From assembly GCA_964016885.1 (NCBI GenBank), contig OZ024742.1, positions 215,202,001 to 215,266,000 on the forward strand: a DNA stretch of 64,000 bases, given 5' to 3'. Source of the stretch: Eledone cirrhosa (lineage: Eukaryota). Positions 37,703-52,080 of this stretch are shown piece by piece. Numbering within the stretch: the stretch's first letter is position 1; the number at the start of each line of letters is the position of its first letter. Position numbers and translations under genes: made by a program. The notes beneath the pieces are model-generated. The model did not search any database, was not told where the DNA came from, and was given only the letters and a program-made list of their open reading frames with translations.

Positions 37703-39208
37703 AATAATAATAATACTAATATGTCAATTGTAAGTGGCAAACACTTTCGCTGATGCAGGCGGAAGAGTTAACTATAAAAACTGGTTTTATTTCAATAAAC
37801 AGAGGAATACTCTATAACTGAAACTGTAACCAGCATTAAACTTGAATAAACAAGAAATATGCAAAGAAATTCAATCTCGTATTTTATATGAATGATCTCA
37901 AGTTTGCGTTTCAGGTTATAGACCGGTGCAAAACATTAATGCAAATATTATTATAATTCACAAGAACAATAAATGTGAAATGTGGATCAGAATATTGCAG
38001 TACGACAACTCTGACGAGAGAAAATGTAGAGAAACCTACGAATATCATGCTACATAAAAAGATTGAGAAAAGGAAATTAGATAAAACGAATATCATAGAC
38101 GATGATGTTAGTACTTCAACCTAGCTAAATGCACCCCCTCACAATCCCAATGTTATTATCAATTTTCTAACATTCTCATTTAATAATTACCAGTTTTAAT
38201 GTTTAAATGGAAACTAAAATATCAAATAGAACTACACAGAAAACTTGAAAAATAAAGTCAATTAGAATACATCACCTTATATATATATAGAAAGATTATA
38301 TATACCAGATTGTATATACCAGAACAGAATAATTAGACATCTTTTGAAGACTATTATAAAATATCCACTTCACCAAGGGATGTATAATTGATAGTTAATA
38401 CAAATTGTTGAGAAATTATTATAATTTTCATCGCAACTTTTGTCCGCTTTGTTTATAGCCTCTGCAGGTATATTGAACAGCATAATCCGTAGGGTACACG
38501 CAACGTTGTGAAAATATAGTTACCTTGACAAGCGATTGCCGGTCTACACGTCTAAATCTAAGTGCAAATATGCCCTAATTTTAATTGTTCGATCACATTT
38601 CTTCGTGCCGAAGAGTAACCTCATTGCAAATATGAAACTCATCTAGTAGGAGTAAATATATGATTACAGTGATCGATCATTTATTTGGAGAAGGTGGGTA
38701 CAGCTGATTACTTTCCAGTCGCTCTTCTAAACATGCTAAGGAATTATCATCTATGACATTGATATATGTTCTGTTTGAAATTAGGCAGATTGAGATTTTA
38801 TTTGTTTTACTAAGGAATGGAACTACAGTTAACTGCACTGATACATCAATTTTACTAGAGCTCCTCGATGAAGACTTTATCTTTATTACTGTCAATTCTT
38901 AATTTGGCAGTAAAATACAGTGTTAATGATTTCACATTAAATTACCTTATAGCTTACTGCTTATTAGACTATTGCGTGGAATCTTTATGACTCAGTCCTC
39001 ATCCTCATATTCTATACAATCATTTTTTAGCTTCATAATATAAAAATTAGCAAGAATAAAATCAGTTGGATCTTGGAGGGATGAAAGGTAAATATGGTTC
39101 CTACCAGGATTTGGATTTATGCATAAGAAGAAGAAAGGTATATAATTTAAAATATTCACTTCATCACTCTAATATGTTTATTGTCTGCAAACTTATCTAT
39201 ATAGAGAA

Positions 39209-39360
39209 GGCGGCGATTTAGCAACGTTGTTAGTGCTTCGCATTGAACATACATCGATATTTGACCCAGGTCTGTGCGCTCTGAGGTGGAATCCCACCAA
39301 GCTCAAATTTAACTTTCATATTTTGAGGCCAATATATAATGCACTGGTGCAGTCCTGAGT
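39209..39360 (+). mobile_element. Old diverged SINE copy
   Basis: GGCGGCGATTTAGCA..CTCTGAGGTGGAATCCCACCAAG..AACTTTCAT resembles the family 1 head and core. Confidence 0.45.
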
Positions 39361-40764
39361 TTGGCCACTTCGTCTCTTGAGGAAAACGTTAGTAATTTCT
39401 CCTGGAGATGAATGGGCTTTGTTAGGTTTTAATTACCCCAAACATGACGTGCGTCAGATCGGCGCTGCTACAACTCTATCGGGATATAAGAACACATTAT
39501 TTTCATTTTCACTTGCATTTACATCAATGTCTCCTCGTAAATGTCATTGTCCTCTTTGACCACTTCTGTAAGTGTCTAGCGGCATATATATGTATATATA
39601 TATATATTACCTGTCATAACGTTTCATTTAATTCTTAAAAACAGAGACCTGTTAAAACAAAACATAACGTAAGTAATTTGCACCAAGCATTGTTGTTGAT
39701 ATCAAGAAGCATATAGACAAAATGTTAACCACTAGAAAGATAATACGAATACATTCAGATATTTTCCCCGACTCCCTGTTCAATTTATATACGACTTCAA
39801 GGCTTCATATAGTTTTAACAATTAGTGTGAACAAATCGATAATTCACACGATGAGTTTTGTATTTCAGCACTGAGAAATCCTTTGTGATTTTAACAAAAA
39901 ATATATCACTATATTCAAATGATATAACACGACATGTTTATTTCTACATTTACTTTATTTATTTCTCTCGGGATGAATACTGAACTGAGGAGAATACCCA
40001 CATTTAAATATGGTATAATAAAGTATTTTAACAGAGAATTAAATATTTTTGTATGAATATCAGGATTTGTTATCTTTTTTTTCCTGGAATGTTCTTTCAG
40101 AAATCGTTTCTCCCAAATGACGCACACTAACATTTCTAATCGGATTGTTATGTTTGTTAAATACATTGCTATAGTTACCACATTATATAAATATTTCACG
40201 AGGTAACATTAATCTAAGTAGTTGAAGACTACGTCTCAACTTCTCATGAAATACAAGTATATTTTCCATGTGTCAGAAATAATGTGTAACATTTTCAGAA
40301 ATATAGAAGTCAGATAATTGTAAAGATGTTAGTAATTTTGCAACTGAAATATTTATTTTAAATAATACATTTATCGCTAAACTTGCGATATTAACGTTAA
40401 ATTGAGAAGTAATATCCATTATATCTTTTTTAATGAATTAAGAAATACTAAACTTTAATTATCTTAGTTCGAATTGTATTTATAATCGTTTATTGTAATA
40501 TATGAATACGATAAGATTGGTGGGATATAAAGTAATTTAAGAGGATCGATTCCGTGATAATATTTAATAATACACTTTCAAATGTACATCCTATGTTTAT
40601 TATATAATAAACAGATGATAAACATTTAAAACCGCCTTTCTTATTTATAATAGCTACTCTTCGGCTGATACTTTATTGATAACACTTTAAGGAATACAAG
40701 GCGTAGAGTGATTTATGTCTGTTTACAACCAAACTCGGTGGATTATCTGATCAACGAACTTTCC

Positions 40765-40981
<217 letters not shown>

Positions 40982-41116
40982 CCGTAGTTATATACCTAGC
41001 CTAATACTATTATGACTGTTATACCCTTGGTACTACTAGTATTATTATTACTTTACTTTACCGCATAACGACATTTCATCACATTATTTCTTCCTAGCAC
41101 GTTTTGATCTCCCCTA

Positions 41117-41206
<90 letters not shown>

Positions 41207-41227
41207 ATATATATATTTATATTAATT

Positions 41228-44030
41228 TTTTTTTTTTCGCGCCACTCCTGGCCTGACTGGAGTCTGACATTAATATCGACCTTTCTTCCTCTTTCTTTCT
41301 ATCTTTCTTCTTGTAGCCATCAACCGTGAAGTTTCTACTTCTTCCTTTTCTTCCTTCTCTTCTTCCTTTTCTTCCTTCGCTTCTTCCTTCCCCCTTCTTC
41401 TCTCTTCTTTCTTTCTTTCTTTCTTTCTTTTTTCTTGTTGCATGATATTAACGCTAACTTATGTTCCCATCCCTTTCTGTTTTCCTTTATCTGACCGGTA
41501 GTAGCACACTGTAAGCTTTAGCCGCGTCACTCGAGGGCGACCTGCAAAGGTAGAAGGTGCTGAATGGCAGTCGCTCTTGGGTCCTTGATTTTCAGCCCCA
41601 TGGATTTTATCTATTACATTCACGTATTATATTTCGAATACCCGGATTCATACGGAACCCGGTCATTGAAATGATCATAGTATAATAAACCTTTCAAGGA
41701 TTAACACAAATCCAGCCTCCTGTCATTTCATTATAATATTTAACTCCGTAATAGCACCACCAACTACAAAAACAAAGACGGTTGAACTGCTTTACGTTGA
41801 GTACTCTCCATATTATTACATTGCGATTGACCATACGGAATTGACCAAATCTATCCAGTGGTGAACCTCAAACCTGAATAAATAATGCTCCTGAAATGTT
41901 GAGCACTTCCAAATGTAATAATGAACAGCAGCATGGGACTGAATATATCTAACCACCATTCGGACTTTGGCTACTCAGTGTTTTTGCCTACCACCCACCT
42001 GGCCCATTGTTACTTCCCTCTCAGAATATTCGGACTTCGACGAAACTCTACGGATTATACCATAACATGTATTGTACTGCACTGTATTAATTTAATTCGC
42101 TACCCTATACTTCAGGGCATGTATAACTCACACTGAATTCCCAGACTCGAACACCCACTGATTCCATTTCCACATATATATGCATTATCTGACTGCAACT
42201 TGAACTATATTGTATTTCTCCTGTGTCTTGATCTCTCCATTTAATCTTGTTTGTTTATTTATATTTTTATATCTTTCTACCTTTGCTTTATTAATGCTTT
42301 TACCACGTATTCTACTTCTATACATCCATGTACTTTTTACTTCCCTTATTCGGACTGTTACTCGCGTGTACCCTTAGCACACGACACTGGAATGTCTCCT
42401 CCTGGGAACATAAATACTGCAACCTGAACTATATTGTACTTCTCCTATATCTTGATTTCTCCATCTTACTCCACCACCACTCTTGTTAGTTTATTTATAT
42501 ATTTATATTTATATATATATATTTATACCTTTGCTTTATCAATGTGCTTTTCCACGTATTCCACTTCTATGTATCCATTTATTTCTACTCCTCCTATAGG
42601 GACTTTTGCTCACTTGTACCCATTAGCACACGACACTAGAATGTCTCCTCCTGAGAACAAAAATAAATATTACCCGACTATATCCCTTACTCTACATCCC
42701 ACTAGGATAAATCATAGAAGATCTACATAATACAATTAACGTTTCTTCATAAAAGACTCTCTTTAACTAAACCCCGCAACCCAAAACCTTTAAAAAGTTT
42801 TTTTAAATGTTTAATTTTCAATTTTCTGTTTGTTCAATTCACAATCTTCTTACTCTTTAACTTTATAATGTTATTCTGAATTCTTTCAACTTGATCCTAT
42901 AAATTTAAACAATATTTTAACGTTCCAACTTTCTGTCAGACTGGTGGGTTGGTTTTCCACGCGGCGGGACCGGCCCCCTGGCACATAGGCCTACCTTGAG
43001 TGCTTAGAAAAATAAATTTCCTCTTCTTTCGGTAAATACAACTACTCGGAGTGGCTTGATTCGCCCCAGGGGCCCGGCGTGCGGCCGGTTTTTTAACCGC
43101 CACATAGTACCTTTAAATTACAGATCAAATCAGAACAATTAGATATATCAACCTTAAAATATTAAACTGTTTAACTTTAAATTTTCTAATTTCTTTAATA
43201 TTAAATATTAATTATTAATTTTTAACTTCATCCTATAAGTCTAAACAAAAACGTAACGTTCCAATCTTCTGCTCACACATTATAACACACTGACCCCACT
43301 ATATTTACCTCTGTTAAGATACGGGTTTCTGTGAACATTTTTTCGCGCCACTCCTTGCCTGACTGGAGTCTGACATTAATATCAACCTTTCTTCCTCTTT
43401 CTTTCTATCTTTCTTCTTGTAGCCATCAACCCTGAAGTTTCTACTTCTTCCTTTTCTTCCTTCTCTTCTCCCTTCTTTCTGTCTTCCTCCCGCAGACTTA
43501 TCTTCCTTCACCTTTTTGTTTGCCTATATTTGACCGGTAGTAGTTGTTAAGATACGGGTCCCTTAGAATAATAAAATTTCTTCGCGACAATCCTGGCCTG
43601 ACTGTAATACCGACCTTTCATCCAATTTCTTTCTGTCTTTCTTCTTATAGCTGACATTAATCCTGGCTTCTCTTCTTCCTTCCCCCTTCTTCTCTCTTCT
43701 TTCTTTCTTTCTTTCTTTTTTCTTGTGGCATGATATTAACGCTAACTTTCTGTTTACCTTTATATGACGGATATTAGCACACTGTAAGCTTTAGCCACGT
43801 CACTCGAGGGCGACCGGCAAAGGTAGAAGATGCTGAATGGCGGTCGCCCTCGGGTCCTTGATTTTTAGCCCCATGGATTTTATCTATTACATTCACGTAT
43901 TATATTTCGAATACCTGATGATATCACCGGATTCATACGGAACCCGGTCATTGAAATGATCATAGTATAATAAACCTTTCAAGGATTTACACAAATCCAG
44001 CCTCCTGTCATTTCATTATAATATTATATA
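41228..44030 (+). mobile_element. ~2.8-kb non-coding element with long terminal direct repeats and a hammerhead (retrozyme/PLE-derived)
   Basis: ~41232-41740 is repeated at ~43338-44024; internal ~230-bp tandem repeat at 42190-42660; bounded by (TA)n; no ORF. Confidence 0.6.
43911..43968 (+). ncRNA. Type I hammerhead ribozyme
   Basis: ATAC-CTGATGA-..ACCGG..CCGGT..-GAAA-TGATCA-TA-GTAT, with palindromic stem III. Confidence 0.75.
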
Positions 44031-44289
44031 TATATATATATTGAACATACCAGAGAGATAAGCACAAATATAAACATACATGTGTTCGAATTGTAAAGGA
44101 CCAGGTTTGCTAGGGTGAACAAATACTAACTCTTACAATATGCTTTGCCAGACTTAATTAAAAGTAGTAAATCAAGAAAGAGAATAAAAACAAACCTATA
44201 TTGGGCAACTGCCTGAACACAGCTAGACAGTTATAGTAACTGTTTCACAAAAAATTATATTCAGCGAAGGAAACACCAACTCTCTGCTC

Positions 44290-44388
<99 letters not shown>

Positions 44389-44414
44389 CAACAAGTAGGA
44401 CCCCTATCATACTC

Positions 44415-44723
44415 TGTTGAGTTGCTACGGAGTTTTTGTAGGAATCGGTTGTGTATGGGTTTGAATTTAATGTTCTTGACCCGTTGGAAAAGGTCAATCT
44501 CGAAGGTTGAAAGGATAGGGTTCTGAGGGGGAGATTTGTAGGTAATAAATCCGAATCTCTCCTTAGTACCGAAGTCCTGATTGTCGCAATATCTGTCGTA
44601 GAAAAAAGTTCTCCATCTAAGTCTTTTCGCAAATAGATCGATTTTTTGCGTGAGCATCCGAAGGTAAAGTTTTTTCGGTGGGACTGGGATGTTCTTGGTA
44701 GAGAAGTTGATGTGTTTTCGCAT
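44415..44723 (-). pseudogene. N-terminal fragment of a probable Penelope-like element ORF
   Basis: FSTKNIPVP..YL..L..K...F.KRLRW..FF..KERFGF..KSPP..FE.DL...KNIKF resembles the pre-RT region of invertebrate PLEs (from recall); truncated near (TA)n. Confidence 0.55.
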
Positions 44724-46179
44724 GCGAATTTATAAATTTATAAATGTCGACACTATAAATTTATAAATGTAAACAATATCAAAAAATGGAAGCATCAATA
44801 CATTTGATGCTGTTACGAAGTATAATATTCACTCTAGTCAACATGTTCTTACCATCCGTAGGAAGAGCAGAAGACACGTCAATTTTATGCACAGATGTGC
44901 ATATCCATTTCTAGATCTGAAACATTAACTGGTTGCAAACTAAAGATAAAATGCTCACATGACTTTTTATAGTTCTAAATACTGTGTTTTGAAAAATGTT
45001 TTCACTGAGTTAAAATAGATTAGATTAGATATTCCACTATCGTGATGGAATAATAATTCCAATTCTATTTGGCACCGCACTATCTAGTTATAATCAATGA
45101 ATGTCTATGCTGTATCACCTGATGTGAATCACTTGTTGGATTCAAATTTCATTAATTACTGTTACCCTCATGTATGCTAGAATATTTCATGACATAAGTT
45201 ATCAATATGATATTTAAATGTTATTGTCAATTGAGAAAAACCAATAAGTCATTCATATTAGTATCGGAAATGTGTTATTATGAGGGATGGATTAGAAAGT
45301 AGAAAATACTTGTTTATACACGGTCCTCTGAGAAAACATTAATCAATAGTGAATGCATAGTTTTTGGAAATTTAAGCCATGAAGTAATCATTTATAAAAA
45401 TATTAAAAATATTTTTGTGCAAATGCAACATCAAATGAATAAATAAAACAGTTTTTTTTTATTATTGTCATCAAAACAATATATGAAAAAATGTTTTCAA
45501 ACAGAACGCTAAAACAAAGGACGTCTGATCTCTCAATTAAAGTGTGCGGTGAGGACCGCAATAATGAAAAATGAAAAGATGATCGAAAGAATGAAAGGGA
45601 TAAACCCTCTCACAATATATGTTAGCTGGAGAAAACTGAAATCAACAGGACACAAAAACACCAACAACAATTAGTTAGTACCACGGCTATATACACTATA
45701 AAAAGCACCAACACGAAAACATTATGTTCGAAACAATTTACACCCACATCAAAGACAAAACATTTCCCAAAACACAAACATCGAAAGGAAATTGCATAGT
45801 CATTAATACAAACAACAAATAATTAATGAACCAATTAAATGAGTACATACGCATTATACAAACACATTAGCAAGATATCAAGATCACTAAATGAATTATA
45901 GTTGTCAACAGCGAAATCTCATTTTCCGAGGCATGATATTTCGCGTACATATTTGATGACTGCACTTTGTACGCATCACCAATACTATCAGGATCGTGAA
46001 ACAAGGTAATTATAGTGTTAGAAATGGGACTGGATCTCACGGTACGGACCCAGTAAAAGAATGCCTTCAGACAAATAGCTGACCATACACTGTGAAGCAC
46101 AGAAGACCAGATTTCTTCAGGAATGTGTATACCTTGACAGAAACATTCAGGTTCAGCAGCAAGATTAGCTCGTGACAAA

Positions 46180-47467
46180 TACTTGAAGCTAATCAGGAAG
46201 GCAGCGTTGTTGCGTTGTTAGTGATAAGGTGCTTGATCTAAGCCTCAAATGTACCAAAACAATTTGATGGAGCCGAGTTGCCGAGGCGTGGTCTGCAAGG
46301 AAGATACAATTCGGTAATCAGAGGTACGATCTGTACGATTAAAAAAAGCATTTGTTATTTTCAGAATCACATGCCTCAACTAGTCAAAGTATTACGAATA
46401 TCCGATAATCACCATATCTGAAAGATACAATGCGGTCATTAGTGGAGCACGATGAAAGTGGGTCGCCTGCCGTTGTTTGTCTGCTTTACGAGTTTACATT
46501 ACAAACCTCGTCGTCAAATTCTTGCCAGATGACAAAAGTAGTTGTCCTCAGAATATGAGAACTTCTAGTACTGTGAGTCAAGCAGCCGTGGCGTTACTAT
46601 AGAGTATAATGACCTCGGTGCCTCAAGGCTGTACTCTTTCGTGTATGTTCTGTGTACTGACGTAAGACACACTGCTGCAGAAACTAAGGTGTCTCGCATA
46701 TGGTCCAATCGACTTCGATGTGTTCGGTACCATGTTAATTTAGAATGTAGCGTTGACGGCGGCGAATATTAATTAGAAAATATCTTGCCATATCACTCAG
46801 ATGATGTCGGACTGGATTGGAGTCCTACACTTTCGCTTATTATGAAACCAATGCATTCCGTTGGTCAGGCGATAATTTAACTGGGAAAACGATCGAGGAA
46901 GAGAATTAGGCATGCCACAGATGATAATTTGAGGACATGCGCTGAAAGTGGTTTCATTCATGGTGAACAGGCTGGATCATCATTTGTAAAACGAAGACTA
47001 ATTATGGGCGCATTGCAAGTAGAATGTCATCCAGCGCTCTTATCTCTTTGTCAGTTCGGTAATATTATTGGTGGAGACTCCATTTAAGATTCTATTGTGG
47101 AATATTACCCGTTAAAATCGATGACAATTTCAGGGAAGCGATATAAACACACCTGCTATGCATTTGCGAAGAGCTATCTCCAGGGACCAGAAATATTTCC
47201 AGAAATCCCAGCACTGGTAGTCCTAAGTGGTGCATTGCTGATTCGTGATTAGCTCTACAGGAACAGCATTATCAACAACTGTGTCTGACTATAAATTACG
47301 CAGAGTGACGAAACTGTCCTTCGCGTATGTGATCAATGTAGGAGATTGTTGAATTGTGGAGTTATCTCCACCAGCTTCTATCCCGTCTGGAACGGATTCA
47401 GCTATTAGCGGAGTCCCTTGTGAAAATGACCCCCACTGTTTTCTTTTTGCTAGAGGTTCAAGCGGTT
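46180..47467 (+). mobile_element. Ancient Tx1 ORF2 remnant (RT to C-terminus)
   Basis: Decayed translations SIMTSVPQGCTLS..LLQKL, LGMP..HALK, ECHPALLSLCQFGNIIGG, WSYLHQLLSRLERIQLLAES. Confidence 0.7.
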
Positions 47468-47905
47468 CGTGCGTGCAGACCGACTTCGTTGCTCTGCGCG
47501 CATCTCGGGCAGGTCCGTCAGACAGCACTTCCGTGCATGTAGAGTTTAACTAGAACCGGCAGTGACCCCGGTAGCACTGCCATGGGAAGTTATCCATCGT
47601 CCCCGACTCGAATGTTCCCCGGAACAGACTGGTCAGTTCGACTTCGTCGACGCCCAGAGCCTCTCCGTGTACGTCGTCGCACTTGCCCACCAATATCATC
47701 TATAGAACTCGAGAGTGGAAGTTCCGCTGACTGCATTGCCCGCCTTGTAGAAGACAGTGAGTGCTTGCCAACATTCCAGATGCCAGAAACCCAGTCTCGG
47801 TCTCTTCTTGACCCAGGACTGCAGCTCAGTCAAAGAGACGAGCTGCGGAAAGGCGAGTTTGACAAACGGGGACACCACACCTGTTCACCGTTTAGGCAGA
47901 ATATT
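47468..47905 (-). mobile_element. Tx1 subfamily C internal fragment
   Basis: FPQLVSLTELQSWVKKRPRLG..AGNAVSGTSTLEFYR; matches ~31155-31605; (TAA)n follows at 47910-47930. Confidence 0.85.
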
Positions 47906-50900
47906 TGAAGATAACAATAATAATAATAATATATTTGTAACAGAAAAAGTTTATAAGCAGTTTTAGAAAGCCTTAAAAAATCATTGTAGCTGTTTGTGCT
48001 GCTTTAATATATGAGACAAATATTCAAAAGATATTTTCACTCATACTCTCACTATTTTGATACCCCTCCTATTACGTCATCCTTGAGATTAATAGATGAT
48101 GCTGAATGTTTTGAAAGTGTTTTTAAAGCAACAGGGGTCTGATTTTATTCAGCAATATGTATTCATGACAATTTCAGCCTGCTGCATACAAAAACACATG
48201 TTAAGATTCATCTCAGGAGAATTTTATTGAATTTTTTTTCAATTTTTAAAGGAAATATTTCATAATCTTAATAAATTATTTATGATTGATTGTAATATTT
48301 TTCATCTTTGTGTTTGTTGTTTGTAATGATTGTCATTATTATTGTTTTTATTGTGATGGTTTTTTTTAGGCTATGTCTGATATTATAGTTGATACTGTCT
48401 TTATATTTTTCTTTCTTTTGTTGATATATTTTGATACCGTTATTTTTTTGTTTCTGCAAAATCGTTGAATATGTTTATTTATTTTAATGTAAACGTTGCC
48501 TTATTTGTTTTACTTTAATTTTATTTGTGAGATATTGATTTAATAACAGCAGTTTAAAGAACAATTGATTCGTTTTGTAGGGAAAAAGGAGATAGTGGTG
48601 CACATCTAGTTTCTTAAGTAAAAATATATCTTTAAAAAGAGGCAAAAAATGGACAACCGAGAATAATATCTAATATAAATATTTCCAATAACAACGCTGT
48701 TCAAACAATGTTCAAATGTTCAAATTCTGCGAGTCTTAATTTGTCCAAAAATACAGTAAACTCAATATCGATGTTGTGAACTTGATTTCGGAGAATTTAG
48801 ATAACTCATTAGATAACCGTTATATAGGACCTGTATTAAGTTCAAATCGAGATAAACAATTTTTGTAACGGATAAATATGTGTGGCGGAATAAAATTGGA
48901 AAGGTAAGAAGACATTTTTCAACCACACTCTATTAAATAATCAGCAAAGAATTATGTAACATTAAGAATATACTTTATTTACTCTCTATACGATGATGGT
49001 AACATTACTACTACGTAGAGGAATTAACCTTTATAATTACTCCAATGTGTTTTACAAACATAATATTTTAATGCGGCGTTTGTTTGATTTTTGGATTAAA
49101 TATTTATGAATACGAAAGAAAACGATAAATATCGTTGTGAAAGCATGATTTCCATATGTCAACATGACCCGCGAGCATTTGAGTGTTGAAGCGGAGTGAC
49201 ACTGAATAGTCTACTTGGCAGGAATACTAATGAACCATATGCATCCGCGTAAGAAAGAACCTGAATACGTTTTGAAGATAAATCCGACGCCTTAATAATT
49301 CCGCCGACATCACGTGACCAAAAACTTCTGTAATACTCTAAATGTATTCTTGTTTTTTCAGCTAACTTACAAGCTAAAGGCATTAAACTAAAGGGCCCTA
49401 ACACATCGGTCCAGAGAGTGAGATGGGGAGGGAGGGAAATAGGGTATATGTGTGTGTGAGTGTGTGTGTAACTCTGTCTGTGTGTTTTGTGTTGACGAAG
49501 CAATCTACTTTCCTGCACAGCTATGTCAGTATAAACGGAGTATCAGATATACTCGAAGGATAGTAAAAAATATAATTTCCTTTTTCCGTTGGTGGAGGTA
49601 AATGCTGATCAACAATGAAGATATGACACATACAATGTTTGCATCTATAATAACTTTACTCTGATGGCAAAAATGAATAAGAAATTCTCAGAGGTGATAT
49701 ACATGTTGCTGGTGTAGTCATCTCAGTTTTTAAAATGTTACTAGATTCAACTGGTATAAGGTCATAAACTTGAAAAAGATTTACTTTCGAAAAATATTGG
49801 CAGCGTTCAGTGAAAATGAAAATTGATGTATGGTGTGCGAGGGTAACGTACTATGATCGCTACAAACAGGCCAGTCACAGATATTTTTCTTAAAAGCAGT
49901 TGGAGGATGAAGACTACTTATTAGATGAAGGAGGATTTATATTTGATTCCAACATCTGTTTGAATTCCTGTTTAGATCTCATAAAATTATTTCTAGCCGT
50001 TATATGAGGCTTGAAATAATAGGCTTGCGATTTCTTGTAGAATGATTAGAATATAGCTTGAATAATTTCTTCGTGTCACAAGACATTGCATTACACTTCC
50101 AGCCTCGAGAAATCTACGTGAACTATCGCAAAGATTCATTATATATGATTCTGTTGATATGCTAATTACGTCAACCACTATGAAATTTATAATGAAATCT
50201 ATAGTAATTATTTTTTGTCGCATATTATCAATTAATGTCAGTGGATAATATTTCTCTGTGTTGCAAGAATTAAATATTTCAAATTTATACAACTGGTTCA
50301 TATTTGTTATTTATATTGGCCCCCAAGGCTAACCATCATCTTAATGGCGGTAAGAATGTACCCAAAAAATAACAATCAGCTTATAAAAATATTTCTATTT
50401 AAATTTTAACTTACTAAATTCTATACAACCTGAGGTCAATATATTAATTGTATGATTATTTATAGTTTAAAAAATTAAATCAGTAATCACCAAATTTTCC
50501 TTAGCCTTTACAGATACTGGGAATTATGTTCTAATGTGAAGTAAACTTACATAGTGGTAATTTATTTTATATATGTAAAATAAACATTGTGTTGTTCTCA
50601 TTTCCGTCATTATCAAGAGCAATTTCGTCATGATCAATCTTTATTCCTCCACCGTCAGTTTCAATTTCATTATCATTAATCTTAATTCATTACCACCATC
50701 TTTAATTTTTTCAACGTCAGTTTAAATTTAGTCGTTAGTGTAGAATGGTGCATTTTCTTTTATTATGAAGTGTGAGAAATTGTCATTAGTGGAAGACTAA
50801 ACAAAAGTTTTTGCAATAGAATGTTTCGTATAAATAAATTATCGCACCCTACAATATCGTAAATATACATACATTTAAAACTGCCTTCTATCAAACAATG

Positions 50901-51857
50901 TTTCATATATTTCTAAAAGTATTCGGTACAATCATTTTCGTAAACAGAGTCAACAGGCAGATTTCAAATTTAGCAATAACTTGTAACAATTTAATGAGTT
51001 CTCTACCAACAGCTAAACACTATTGACAGAAGACTTTCAAAACGAAAGAACGGATAGAATAAATGTGGTCTATTATGTCTAGTAGGGTTCGATTAACAGA
51101 AGGCAGTCGGGAAGGAATTTGTGGAGCCAATGCGAATTTCCGCAGGCTAGCGACCAGCATGGCACGATTGGCACAAATCGCCCGGGGAAGAATGGTCTAA
51201 GCCTTGGAATTGCTTTACTGCAACCAGTATGGCACATGTGGCAAAACATAGTTTGTGAGCGGATTCAATCAGACCATTGCAAGCCGCAAATAGTTGCCAA
51301 GATCAAGTGGCAGGATACAATGCGATCATGCTACTTTAACAAAGCTGGCAAAATTAGCAAAGGGCATCCAGGAAAGGGTGGCCAAAGCCACTGTGACTTA
51401 GCAGAAGGAATCCGGGTGTAAATAGCAGAATCCAATATAAATGGGCCTATGAGACCATCAAGACTCATTTGGCAAAATGCAACCGGGAGCCGATATCAGA
51501 AATCAACGAAATCATGTCGCTCCCTCCTTCCGTTCAACAATTAACAAAACGCAGCCGTAAGGAAATGGCCAGCGACAATGCCATCGGGCCTATTTATATC
51601 CTGTTTCGCTCGTACTCGAAAAGCTGACAGTGGATTAATTTTCATCTCAAATCTCAATAGAGGCTTGGAAGAAGGTTTGCAAGATTTTAGCCCAAATTCA
51701 TAAATCACATGGCATGACATTGTCTCCCAAATCAATTCTGTACGTTTTAGAAGAAAGTACATTTCTATATCTTTTTTTTTTCTTTTTCCTTTTTCTGCAT
51801 AAATTTGTAAAAGGCCACTTTATGGTTTTGACGATCAATATTATTCACAAGTTTTAG

Positions 51858-52080
51858 GGCGGTGGATTGGCAGTATCGGTAGAGAGTCGGACGCCATGCT
51901 TTTCAGCAAAGAGTTACGGCCCTTTATGATCTGAGTTAAAATCCCGCCGAAGTTAATTTGCCTTTCATCCTCACGGGGTCAATAAAATAAAGTACCAGTC
52001 ACGCACTAGGGTCGATTTAATCGACTTTCCCCTCCCCGAAAATCACTGGCCTTGTGCCTATATAACAAACCAATATTATT
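51858..52080 (+). mobile_element. Full-length family 1 SINE (long variant)
   Basis: GGCGGTGGATTGGCAGTATCGG head, B box-like, core, GGCCTTGTGCC end; AATATTATTCACAAGTTT occurs on both sides (TSD-like). Confidence 0.88.

Noticed and set aside
42190-42660. Repeated units considered as a CRISPR-like array
   Set aside because: Two ~230-bp diverged tandem copies with no repeat-spacer structure; eukaryotic context, no cas genes
51060-51780. GC-richer block with a 100-aa ORF, possible exon or element remnant
   Set aside because: No recognisable motif or splice structure; needs BLASTX
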